A DNA stretch of 64,000 nt from a virus. This document shows, piece after piece, positions 47,256-55,951 of the stretch (the stretch's first letter is position 1; every line of letters starts with the position of its first letter). Location: IMG/VR virus record IMGVR_UViG_3300009008_000026, positions 13,907-77,906 of that record. One strand, written 5' to 3'. Under the pieces are notes generated by a model. The model saw only the letters and a program-made list of their open reading frames with translations, was not told where the DNA came from and ran no database searches. A program made the translations under genes and the position numbers.

Positions 47256-47459
47256 ATGCAAGTAGGTGATCTGGTTAGATTTTATGAAAGCACCCACCCT
47301 GAATACAACGGGATTGTTATCTGGAGAGGTAGAATGGGCTCCCCAATAGAGACTGTGAAGATCCTCATGTTTGACGGATCCACCCAACTCAGATCACCGA
47401 GCAGCATTGTGGAGATCCTATCACCAGCGCACAAAGAGGTGATACATGAAAGCCGGTGA
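47256..47459 (+). CDS. SH3/KOW-like minigene family member
   Basis: MQVGDLVRF...GIVI...KEVIHESR. Confidence 0.75.
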   Translation: MQVGDLVRFYESTHPEYNGIVIWRGRMGSPIETVKILMFDGSTQLRSPSSIVEILSPAHKEVIHESR

Positions 47460-47640
47460 TTTGGTAAAATGGAGAAGCAAGACAAACCCAAACTATTACG
47501 GGGAATACCGCGAGGCTGTTGGGGTTATTGTGAAAGTGTATCACATGGCTGATAAAACTATCGTCACTGACATCTTGATGGATGGTAAAATAACCCGCTG
47601 GAGCAAAGCAAACTTTGAGGTGATCAGTGAAAGTCGGTGA
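47446..47640 (+). CDS. SH3/KOW-like minigene family member
   Basis: MKAGDLVKW...VGVIVKV...FEVISESR. Confidence 0.75.
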   Translation: MKAGDLVKWRSKTNPNYYGEYREAVGVIVKVYHMADKTIVTDILMDGKITRWSKANFEVISESR

Positions 47641-47929
47641 TTTGGTCGCGCTCTCGTCTTATGCGGAGGGATTGATAGACCTTAAAGTGTATAGCTCCTT
47701 CTGGCGCGCCGAATACTTCAACAAGAAGCCACTGATGGGTATCATTGTGGAAGAGGTAAACTGGATCTGGATTGCCAAGCCATCACAGCAGCCCTTCCGT
47801 GTTCGCTGGCTCAATGAGCCTGACCCAAGGCTGATCCCCAATGGGCGCGGAGGGAGACACAGAGAGAACTACTTCACGCGCAAGGATCTGAAGCTAGTGA
47901 GAGCCCCCAAGAAGAAAAAGACCCCTTGA
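47627..47929 (+). CDS. SH3/KOW-like minigene family member
   Basis: MKVGDLVALSS...MGIIVE...RVRW...DLKLV; stop lies within repeat copy 7. Confidence 0.75.
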   Translation: MKVGDLVALSSYAEGLIDLKVYSSFWRAEYFNKKPLMGIIVEEVNWIWIAKPSQQPFRVRWLNEPDPRLIPNGRGGRHRENYFTRKDLKLVRAPKKKKTP

Positions 47930-47981
47930 CATTCACTTGACAACTTAGCTATAGACAACCCTACTTATTTTGTGGTATAAT
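47926..47981 (+). promoter_or_regulatory. 56-bp promoter repeat, copy 7
   Basis: TTGACA/TTGACA/TAGACA...TGTGGTATAAT. Confidence 0.8.
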
Positions 47982-48030
47982 ACTCTCGTATTCACAAAGA
48001 ACCACACACCCAATCCAAGGATAACATCAC

Positions 48031-49116
48031 ATGTCAGTCGATTTTAAAACATTCCTCTCCATTGCTCCTCACATTCTCGACCAGAAACTCCCCGTGTTAG
48101 TTCGCGGGCGTCACGGTGTCGGTAAATCTGAGGTGGTCTATCAGATTGCCGCAACGCGCAATCTTCCTATCGTTGAACGCCGCGCCTCACAAATGACCGA
48201 GGGCGATCTTCTCGGCTTGCCAGATACGTGCGATACCGCTATCAGTGGTCGTAAGGCTACCACGTGGAACGCTCCAGATTGGCTTGTAACCGCTTGCGAG
48301 CAACCTGTTCTCCTGTTCCTCGATGAAGTAGACCGCGCGACCTTAGAAGTCCGTCAAGGGCTCTTCGAGCTTACTGACAGCCGCAAGATCAACGGGTGGA
48401 AACTTCACCCTGAGACTCTCATTGTTGCAGCCGTTAACGGTGGCGAGCACGGCGCGCAATACCAAGTTGGCGAGATGGATCCCGCCGAGCTTGACCGCTG
48501 GACTGTGTTTGATGTCGAGCCTTCTGTTGAAGACTGGCTTGGTTGGGCGAAGGATAACGTCGATGAGGTTCTCTGGGACTTCATTAACCACAACCGCGTC
48601 CACTTGGAGCATGCTGGTGAGTTCGAGCCTAACAAGGTTTACCCTTCACGCCGTAGCTGGAAGCGTTTCAATGACGTTGCAGTCCCTACGGGAGCCTTCA
48701 CACAAGATGGTCAGAATGGTGAGCTTCTCTATAACCTCGCGACTGCGTTTGTTGGCTTCGAGGGCGCTGTAGCTCTCAAGGACTTCGTTGAACGCTACGA
48801 GTGGCAGGTGTCGGTTGAGGATCTCCTTGACGATGGTGACTTTGCGCGCACTGAAAACTGGGGTATTAACGACCACTGCGCTATGATCGAGAAGATTGAG
48901 GCATGCGGACGCTTGTCTGAAGAGCTTACAGAGACTCAGGTTAGGAACGTAGCCACTTATTTCTGTAGCTTGCCATCTGAGGCGGCTATGAAGCTCTGGG
49001 CTGTGCTTGGAGAGGCTGACTGCATCGAGAACGTCATCGCGATTCACAAGGCAGAGTCAGCCAGTGGTCGCTCTGTGAGTGATGCGCTTGTCGAGATCCT
49101 TGAGGGGCAAGGATAA
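48031..49116 (+). CDS. MoxR-like AAA+ ATPase
   Basis: GRHGVGKS, LFLDEVDR, AAVN, MDPAELDRW, PSRRSW. Confidence 0.88.
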   Translation: MSVDFKTFLSIAPHILDQKLPVLVRGRHGVGKSEVVYQIAATRNLPIVERRASQMTEGDLLGLPDTCDTAISGRKATTWNAPDWLVTACEQPVLLFLDEVDRATLEVRQGLFELTDSRKINGWKLHPETLIVAAVNGGEHGAQYQVGEMDPAELDRWTVFDVEPSVEDWLGWAKDNVDEVLWDFINHNRVHLEHAGEFEPNKVYPSRRSWKRFNDVAVPTGAFTQDGQNGELLYNLATAFVGFEGAVALKDFVERYEWQVSVEDLLDDGDFARTENWGINDHCAMIEKIEACGRLSEELTETQVRNVATYFCSLPSEAAMKLWAVLGEADCIENVIAIHKAESASGRSVSDALVEILEGQG

Positions 49117-49120
49117 GCCC

Positions 49121-49330
49121 GTGAGAGATCTAAGGGCTGGCGACCTCCTGATCAGGCATGGCGATAATCGCCCTGTGCTGGTCGCCGAGGTTCTGGTGAG
49201 CCGCAGACCCAAGTACGGCAATACGGTCGAATACAGGAAGGTCTACAGGCTCCTAGACGGTGCCAGCGATACCTCACGGTGGATCAAAGATACTGAGATC
49301 GCCGTAAAGTACAGACTCCCCACTCCTTGA
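49121..49330 (+). CDS. SH3/KOW-like minigene family member
   Basis: LRAGDLLIR...; stop lies within repeat copy 8. Confidence 0.6.
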   Translation: MRDLRAGDLLIRHGDNRPVLVAEVLVSRRPKYGNTVEYRKVYRLLDGASDTSRWIKDTEIAVKYRLPTP

Positions 49331-49382
49331 CATTCACTTGACAACTTAACTATAGACAACCACACGATTTGTGTGGTATAAT
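49327..49382 (+). promoter_or_regulatory. 56-bp promoter repeat, copy 8
   Basis: TTGACA/TTGACA/TAGACA...TGTGGTATAAT. Confidence 0.8.
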
Positions 49383-49414
49383 ACCTTCGTATTCAGCACT
49401 TAGGAGCCCTCAAC

Positions 49415-50656
49415 ATGACCGACTCACCCAAAAAGACATATGACCTTAACGCCGACGTAGCGCGTCTTCTTATGCGTGAGCCGTTCTTCGCCTCTCTTTC
49501 GAGGAGGATCGACAAGACACGAACGACCACGATCCCAACGGCAGGTGTGAGGATCAATAAGGAGCGCGCACAATTCGAGCTTCTCTATAACCCTGAGTTT
49601 ATGGGTGCGTTGAAAGACGAGCACAAGCTGGGTGTCCTTAAGCACGAGTTCTATCACATTATCTTCGAGCATGTAACTGGTCGTGCGCCGTCTGGTGGGA
49701 TGAAGAAGATCGACAACATCGCGATGGATCTCGCGATCAACGGTCTACCAGACATGCGTAACATTCTACCACGTGAAGGCGATGAAGGCCCACTTGTAGA
49801 TGGTCAGCCTATGCTAGCATGCATCCCTGAGATGAAACCATTCGAGGATCTCCCTTGCGAGAAGTCATACGAGTGGTATCTTGCCGCGTTGAGAGACAGA
49901 CAACCAGAGGAAGAAGAGGGTGAAGGCGGCGAAGGCGGTGAAGGCGGCGACGGACTGCCTCGCGAGTTTGATGATCACAGTGCCTTCGGCGAGGGTGATG
50001 GATCTGACGCAAGTAATGAGATCGCCAAGGAGCGTCTCAAGAAAGCCGTTAAAGAAGCGGCTGAAGAAGCGATGAAGGCAAACAACTGGGGCACAGTATC
50101 GGCTGGAACGCGCCAAGACATCATTGAGCGCATCACTCCAAAGGTTGACTGGAAGAAGGTGCTTCGCTACTTCGTGAAGACCACGCAACGCTCCGACAAG
50201 ACCTCTACCCCTCGGAAGCTCAACAGACGTTTCCCTCGCGTCCACAGTGGCAAGAGAGTTCGTCGTCATGCCCGCATCGCGATTAGCATCGACCAATCTG
50301 GCTCTGTTGATGACAAGATGCTCGCCGCGTTCTTCTCGGAACTTAACAAGCTGGCGAAGATCGCAGAGTTCACTGTCGTGCCTTTTGATACGCGAGTTGC
50401 CGAGGACAAGGTATATGTTTGGAAGAAGGGCAGAGCCCACAAGACCGAACGTGTCCTAACAGGTGGAACGTGCTTTGACGCACCGACCAAGTATGTCAAT
50501 GAACAGAACTTCGACGGTCACATCATCCTGACCGACTTGATGGCCCCTAAACCCATCAGAAGCAACTGTCAGCGCATGTGGATGACCACTAAGCACTACG
50601 CAGCTAACCCATACTTCCAGACCAATGAGCGAGTAATCGCCATTGACTGCGACTAG
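49415..50656 (+). CDS. DUF2201-type metallopeptidase plus vWA domain protein
   Basis: HEFYH, NIAMDLAIN, IDQSGS, GGT.F, LTD. Confidence 0.88.
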   Translation: MTDSPKKTYDLNADVARLLMREPFFASLSRRIDKTRTTTIPTAGVRINKERAQFELLYNPEFMGALKDEHKLGVLKHEFYHIIFEHVTGRAPSGGMKKIDNIAMDLAINGLPDMRNILPREGDEGPLVDGQPMLACIPEMKPFEDLPCEKSYEWYLAALRDRQPEEEEGEGGEGGEGGDGLPREFDDHSAFGEGDGSDASNEIAKERLKKAVKEAAEEAMKANNWGTVSAGTRQDIIERITPKVDWKKVLRYFVKTTQRSDKTSTPRKLNRRFPRVHSGKRVRRHARIAISIDQSGSVDDKMLAAFFSELNKLAKIAEFTVVPFDTRVAEDKVYVWKKGRAHKTERVLTGGTCFDAPTKYVNEQNFDGHIILTDLMAPKPIRSNCQRMWMTTKHYAANPYFQTNERVIAIDCD

Positions 50657-50692
50657 CCCCACAGGAGCATCACAATGCCCCAACCTATGAAG

Positions 50693-50748
50693 TTAACAGT
50701 CACTTGACAACTTAACTATAGACAGTCGTGCTGATCTTGTGGTATAAT
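50693..50748 (+). promoter_or_regulatory. 56-bp promoter repeat, copy 9
   Basis: TTAACA/TTGACA/TAGACA...TGTGGTATAAT. Confidence 0.8.
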
Positions 50749-50780
50749 ACCCTTGTATTCAGCAATAAGGAACCCGATAC

Positions 50781-51671
50781 ATGACACAACGAATCTCTTG
50801 GAAAGCCCGCTTCTCTTCTCTTCTCGCAGGGGAAGGCTTAAGCTCTTACGACCGCAACGTGATCGAAGACATGAAACGCGGCTATGATCGCCGTGGATCT
50901 GGCTACATGAGCCCAGCCCGCAAACGCTATTTCCTTGGCATCGAAGAGCGCGCCGCAGCAACGACCCTCGCGATGGAGCAGAGAGCAGCACAGGGCAAGT
51001 CTGACCTCGCAATCCGCCTTGAGAACGTGCAGGGCTACATCACCGACGGATCCTCATGGGCCGCTGGGTTCGTTGAGAGCCTGATTGAACAGGAGCGCCA
51101 ACGTGGAAGCCTGTCATCCAAGCAGATGACAACACTGTCCAAGATCGAGAGCGAGAACAACGCAGACACCGTTAAAGCGGAACGCGATTGGTTCGCCCGT
51201 TTCGCTACAAGCCAAGAGCTACAGCTTCAGTGGCACCGCGCGATGGTCTATTACAGAGCAAACAGCCCCTACCATGCTGGACATGTCCAGAACTGGTTTA
51301 ACTTTGGAGAGCTACCTGCTGGTCGCGTAGGCACAGAGATTGCGCCGATTGACGCGCCATCACACAAGGCGTTCAATAAGGTCATCGCCAACAACTACAT
51401 TCAGAAGGTGCTGGCTGGCTATACAGCGTCCCCTGCGTTCGAGGCTGGGGCGATGGTAGCATTGCGCGCATCGGCTAACTTCACTGCTCAGAACAAGACA
51501 GCAGGTCGCCCTTGCATCGTCATGACTAACGAGCTTGACATCATCACAGCGAGCAAGGGCAACCGTCGCTATCGCTTGTTGCCTGTTGGCTCAACGCAGA
51601 CCTTCGAGATCCAAGAGAAGCACATTAAAAACTTCAAGCTACCTAAGAACAAGAGAAAGAAGAGGGCATAA
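50781..51671 (+). CDS. hypothetical protein with C-terminal SH3-like module
   Basis: FVESL.EQ...LS.KQ helical motif; FEAGAMVAL...RYRLL. Confidence 0.75.
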   Translation: MTQRISWKARFSSLLAGEGLSSYDRNVIEDMKRGYDRRGSGYMSPARKRYFLGIEERAAATTLAMEQRAAQGKSDLAIRLENVQGYITDGSSWAAGFVESLIEQERQRGSLSSKQMTTLSKIESENNADTVKAERDWFARFATSQELQLQWHRAMVYYRANSPYHAGHVQNWFNFGELPAGRVGTEIAPIDAPSHKAFNKVIANNYIQKVLAGYTASPAFEAGAMVALRASANFTAQNKTAGRPCIVMTNELDIITASKGNRRYRLLPVGSTQTFEIQEKHIKNFKLPKNKRKKRA

Positions 51672-51672
51672 A

Positions 51673-51951
51673 ATGGGTGAGTTGGTCGATATGGTAGAGA
51701 TTAGGCGACAGATTGCTGAAGTTAAGAGAGCAAAGCGCCTGTCCGAGATCGAAGCCGAAAAGAAAGAGCTTAAGATCAATCTACAGGCGATCTATGGTCG
51801 CCTCTCTCAGCTTGAACACTCCGAGGGGTGGCTGCGTAGAGCTTCAGAAGCAGAACAGTCAGACACCGAGGAGGATGAAGAGATTAATCATCGACAAAGC
51901 TGGTGGTCACGACTGTTGAAGTGGCTCGGAGTCCGCGATGGGCAGCTATAA
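51673..51951 (+). CDS. hypothetical coiled-coil protein
   Basis: ATG after GAGGG. Confidence 0.6.
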   Translation: MGELVDMVEIRRQIAEVKRAKRLSEIEAEKKELKINLQAIYGRLSQLEHSEGWLRRASEAEQSDTEEDEEINHRQSWWSRLLKWLGVRDGQL

Positions 51952-52162
51952 CCTGCGCGCTGGTATGCTGGTGAGGATCAAGGAAGGAACCCACGACGCA
52001 GCACTCCCAGAGAGCCGCGTGGGGCTGCTTATGGCTCGGCATGAGGACTTGGCTCACTACACCGACCGCGCACCAATAGAGACGAATGTGTGGCGGGTGC
52101 AGTTTGTCAACGGTAAAACCTTGATGTTCCACGCCATGTACATCGAAGTGATCAATTCTTGA
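51938..52162 (+). CDS. SH3/KOW-like minigene family member
   Basis: LRAGMLVRI...VGLLM...WRVQFVNG...IEVINS. Confidence 0.7.
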   Translation: MGSYNLRAGMLVRIKEGTHDAALPESRVGLLMARHEDLAHYTDRAPIETNVWRVQFVNGKTLMFHAMYIEVINS

Positions 52163-52197
52163 GAACAGAGTAATTAATAATAGAGGAGAAGAATAAA

Positions 52198-52407
52198 ATG
52201 GAAGAAGAAGAAAGAATGACAACATTTGAATCAGTTAGGGTAACCATGAACAATATGGCATCAGCCATTACAGTGCAATCAAAGCTGCTGGAGATCCTGA
52301 GTGGTGTTGCGGTACCGCACCCACTGTATGGTACATCATTAAGCTCCGAAGAGCTTCTTGCGTTGTTCGCCGATTCACACACCGAGAACGAAATGGGAGA
52401 GGCTTAA
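52198..52407 (+). CDS. hypothetical protein
   Basis: GAGGAG RBS. Confidence 0.55.
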   Translation: MEEEERMTTFESVRVTMNNMASAITVQSKLLEILSGVAVPHPLYGTSLSSEELLALFADSHTENEMGEA

Positions 52408-52411
52408 AAGT

Positions 52412-52744
52412 ATGAAGCCGACCGTGGTATCTGTCAACCCTGCGCTCTTTACCTCACCGAGTGGTCAACGCTATGCCGTTGCTGGCTCTGTGTGGGTTCC
52501 TGTCCCTGTTGATACAACACGGGATAACATGGGGCGCTTCGTATCGTGGGAGCCACCAGAAGCCAACCCAGCGCCAACGACAAGCTCCCGCGAATGGTCG
52601 GTGAAGGGAAGCAAAGGCAACACCTATTGTGTTGTTGAACGCGGCGGCTCATGGGGTTGTTCGTGTGTGGGGTACGGCTACCGCCGCAAGTGCCGGCACA
52701 TCGACGAGACAAAGAAGAGGATTACAGCAGAAGAGGGGAAGTAA
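52412..52744 (+). CDS. SWIM zinc-finger protein
   Basis: GSKGNTY.V...WGCSCVGYGYRRKCRHI. Confidence 0.8.
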   Translation: MKPTVVSVNPALFTSPSGQRYAVAGSVWVPVPVDTTRDNMGRFVSWEPPEANPAPTTSSREWSVKGSKGNTYCVVERGGSWGCSCVGYGYRRKCRHIDETKKRITAEEGK

Positions 52745-52751
52745 GACAAAA

Positions 52752-53249
52752 ATGCTTGACCCAAAATTTTTACTGCTTAACACATTAATGGCTACCACAT
52801 GGTGGCTTTGGACGAGATCAGGAATGAAGAAGATACAGAAAAGATGGGACGACCAACGCACAGAACTTGAAACAAAGTTCGGAAAGCGTTGCAAACGTGT
52901 CGAATGTGCCGATGGCTTTAGCATGAGCGTGCAAGCAGGGACAGCCAACTACAGCACACCACGGTCAGCACTCGGCCCATATACAGCGGTAGAGGTAGGT
53001 TTTCCATCGAGAGCAGACTATTTGCTAGAGCCTTATTTTGATGGCGACAGCAATACCGAGGACATGACAAAAGGCGTATACGCATGGGTTCCTGTTCAGG
53101 TCGTCACCAACGTGCTAGCGAAGCACGGAGGCATGATAAGTGGAGAAGTGCCAGACGGTGTTATCCCACTAACCGCCAAACGAGAGCAAGATAACTTGTT
53201 CGAGCGTGTTCTATCGTTGGGCCAAGAGCAAGAGAACAAAGATACATAA
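52752..53249 (+). CDS. hypothetical phage protein
   Basis: CADGFSMSVQA...YSTPR...VEVGFPS...VY.WVP...HGG. Confidence 0.7.
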   Translation: MLDPKFLLLNTLMATTWWLWTRSGMKKIQKRWDDQRTELETKFGKRCKRVECADGFSMSVQAGTANYSTPRSALGPYTAVEVGFPSRADYLLEPYFDGDSNTEDMTKGVYAWVPVQVVTNVLAKHGGMISGEVPDGVIPLTAKREQDNLFERVLSLGQEQENKDT

Positions 53250-53270
53250 AAACACAAAGGAAGGCCAAAC

Positions 53271-53474
53271 ATGATAAGGTTAATCGACATCGACAGGGTA
53301 AGAGAAGAGATTGGAGACAAGAAAGCTCAGAGACTTGGATTCTTAAGAGAGTACACAACGGCGATGGTAAACATGGCACGTTGCAATACCGTAGAGGGCA
53401 GCGAAGAGCTAACACAGTGCTTGATTGAAGCCAACGAGATACTAGCGGAAGCAGGGTTGGTATCCAACCGATGA
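53271..53474 (+). CDS. hypothetical protein
   Basis: AAGGAAGG RBS. Confidence 0.6.
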   Translation: MIRLIDIDRVREEIGDKKAQRLGFLREYTTAMVNMARCNTVEGSEELTQCLIEANEILAEAGLVSNR

Positions 53475-53845
53475 AACATTGGAAACCATGGTTCTTTGAG
53501 AACAGCAGATTCCCCACAGTCCTATCGAAGATTGCGCCCATTAACATATGGGCTATTAGTATTGGGCCGTTTGTATGGTGCAAGGGAACACTAAGCGAGA
53601 CAGACAAGATACACGAGACAATACACTATCAGCAGCAGCTAGAACTATTGTTTGTTGGGCAGTGGTTGTTATACCTTCTGTTCTACGTTGTAGGCTTCGT
53701 GAAGCATAGGAACGGCATGCTGGCATACCTGCACAACCGTTTTGAAGTAGAAGCCTATAACAACGAGAACAACAAAGATTATTTAATTACAAGACGGAGG
53801 TGGAGTTGGATTAATGAGCGAGAGTTAAACAAAAAAGATTATTAA
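53471..53845 (+). CDS. HExxH-containing membrane protein (putative metallopeptidase)
   Basis: HETIHYQQQLE...FEVEAY. Confidence 0.7.
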   Translation: MKHWKPWFFENSRFPTVLSKIAPINIWAISIGPFVWCKGTLSETDKIHETIHYQQQLELLFVGQWLLYLLFYVVGFVKHRNGMLAYLHNRFEVEAYNNENNKDYLITRRRWSWINERELNKKDY

Positions 53846-53849
53846 AAAG

Positions 53850-54990
53850 ATTATATTAGAAGAAAGGTATTACAGAAAGATGTTAATGTTATTGGGTATT
53901 GTTATATTCCTTATTGCATGTAAATGAATATGTTTATTGTATTGGCTGTATTAGTATTAAATGTTTGAAGCAAGTATGTAGATGGCACTGTCCCCAAAAG
54001 TGGTGTAAAGTGGTAGAAAGTGGGAAGCGGTGGATAATACATTAAGCCTTTACGCTGGTATTGTTAAAAAAGGCTTTTAATGTGTTGGGAAATGTGATGG
54101 TATGCGGTGGAAGGATCTAGCCCCCACACGCGAGTATTTTTGTATCCGTGTATAAATGTATACGCTAGCGCATTAAATGTATCACCAGCACACACCATCG
54201 CACAATAAACGTATTGATGTATCATTCCCCGCACTGCCCGTGCATTGCTCACAGCATTGCCAGCGCATGCACACCGAAACTGCCTGTATTGTGGCTGAAT
54301 CCCACTGCATCGGCGATTAAATGTGTTAATGCTGGTGAATATAATAATATATTTGTATTCTCGCCCGAAAAGCCTTAAAATAAAAGCTTAATGATTGCGC
54401 ATACTTAGTTAACCTTTCCCTTATAGGGACTAAACTTATTTAAATGTATTATCGCCGTATCAAAAGCTATCCACCCACAACCGCCAACAATAACCGTATC
54501 AAAATGTATTCGGCGAGAGCAATAAATAAAATAACAAACCAATCCAACAGGAGAACAAACATGCGACAGAGAATAAAAAGATTAATACATAAACCTATAG
54601 ACCAATCAACTACAGCCATGGCCACAGTAATCATATTCGGTATGGTATACATTGCATGCATCCCTTACCTGCTAGGGAAACGCGCAGCACCACCAGCGCA
54701 TGACCCAATAGACTTTTAATGCGCGAGACTTATAATAAATATATTAATGTAAAACCTTTTATGCTTGAGACTTATAACATTAATAAACCTTTAATGCATA
54801 AACAAAAAGCTTTTAATGCTTGATGCATAAAACATCTAATAGGGGGACCCCCCTCCTACCCCCCTTCCGGAATAAAGGTATCATATGTATTATATGTGTC
54901 AAGCGGCGGTTAGGTCCGTTCGAGAACACACCAAAAAAATCAGAGATTTAAAAAACCCGCCAAAAAATCCCCCAAAGAAAAAACACCAGC
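53850..54990. other. AT-rich largely non-coding block with short repeats, G/C runs and A-tracts (candidate origin or packaging region)
   Basis: Only long low-coding stretch in the window; repeated CTTT(T)A(A)TGC and GAGACTTATAA; GGGGGACCCCCC. Confidence 0.5.
54561..54719 (+). CDS. small membrane protein
   Basis: AGGAG RBS; one TM helix. Confidence 0.45.
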   Translation: MRQRIKRLIHKPIDQSTTAMATVIIFGMVYIACIPYLLGKRAAPPAHDPIDF

Positions 54991-55024
54991 TATGCCCTAC
55001 CTACTACAGGGGAGGTGCCAATGC

Positions 55025-55291
55025 ATGGGCAAGCAGAGACGCGTACGCCTTGTAAAGACTGTTAACGGCGGTGTATATGTCTGTCCATGGTGCAGAGCTA
55101 ACGTTGAGTGGTTCTGCCGGGGGACGAAAGGATGGGCTAGATGCGCGAACAACATTAGTGCCACGCGCATATATGTGGCAGGACAGAAGATACACATTTG
55201 CGAATGGGAAGGGCACGTGCGGCGCCGGAGAGATGGGGTAGCGGAGTTGTTCTATACAGAAGATTGTGTTGACACCACCGCGGTTCCGTGA
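55025..55291 (+). CDS. Cys-rich hypothetical protein
   Basis: GGAGG RBS; CPWC. Confidence 0.55.
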   Translation: MGKQRRVRLVKTVNGGVYVCPWCRANVEWFCRGTKGWARCANNISATRIYVAGQKIHICEWEGHVRRRRDGVAELFYTEDCVDTTAVP

Positions 55292-55297
55292 TATTAT

Positions 55298-55501
55298 ATG
55301 GATATGTTAGATAGTAGTGCCACACACAAGCATATGCGCGGGGATCTGGTCAAGTGGTACTCATATTATGATGATCAGATTATTAGCGACGCCGGCTACG
55401 GTATCGTTTTAGCCATCGATGTCAACTACTATAAGATTTACATGTTCAGGGACCAAGTGTTTAGGTGGTTTGCCGGCAGTGATGTCGAGCCGGTAGCTTA
55501 A
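55298..55501 (+). CDS. SH3/KOW-like minigene family member
   Basis: MRGDLVKW...YGIVL...YKIY...DVEPV; TTGACA-17 bp-TATTAT upstream. Confidence 0.65.
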   Translation: MDMLDSSATHKHMRGDLVKWYSYYDDQIISDAGYGIVLAIDVNYYKIYMFRDQVFRWFAGSDVEPVA

Positions 55502-55555
55502 TGGCGCCTAGGCAAATAAAAGTTCCAGTTCCCCACAGTTAAACTATTTACTTAC

Positions 55556-55843
55556 ATGAACAATGCTGACGACAAAAGCTTTCCCCTACGCAATATCCAA
55601 TATCTTATTCGTGAAGCGCTGACAAAGACAGACAAAGACGAAATCAAGCGTATTGCTAAGAAAGAGGTAGAGCGCGAGCTTAAAGCGAAGCTAACGGCTG
55701 CTGTCGAAGATGAAGTTAAAAAAGCCTTAACCGATAAGGCAACGAAACAAGAAATCGCTGAGATATCTAAGTCGATCATTAAGAAGCTTTATAAGGATCT
55801 GTCGATGCACCATCCTTATATTATTGATCGCATTAAGGTTTAG
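55556..55843 (+). CDS. helical putative virion protein
   Basis: ACTATTTAC 4 nt before ATG; LIREAL. Confidence 0.65.
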   Translation: MNNADDKSFPLRNIQYLIREALTKTDKDEIKRIAKKEVERELKAKLTAAVEDEVKKALTDKATKQEIAEISKSIIKKLYKDLSMHHPYIIDRIKV

Positions 55844-55951
55844 CAACAAGATTTAACATATTAATAATATTACCGGTTTTTTGAAATAAATAGGACTATT
55901 TATCACTCAATAAAGCATTAAAAAACTTTAAGTTTAAGGACTTATTCTCTC

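Noticed and set aside
41527-47929. Minigene array as a DGR or a classical integron
   Set aside because: No reverse transcriptase or integrase in the window, no TR/VR pair differing only at adenines, and no attC-like inverted cores.
49915-49950. GAAGGCGGC tandem repeat (also the Thr-rich repeat near 39250-39300)
   Set aside because: Low-complexity protein linkers, not independent DNA elements.
42327-50748. 56-bp repeats as a CRISPR array
   Set aside because: Intervening segments are 0.5-1.4 kb and protein-coding, the repeats contain promoter consensus, and there are no cas genes.
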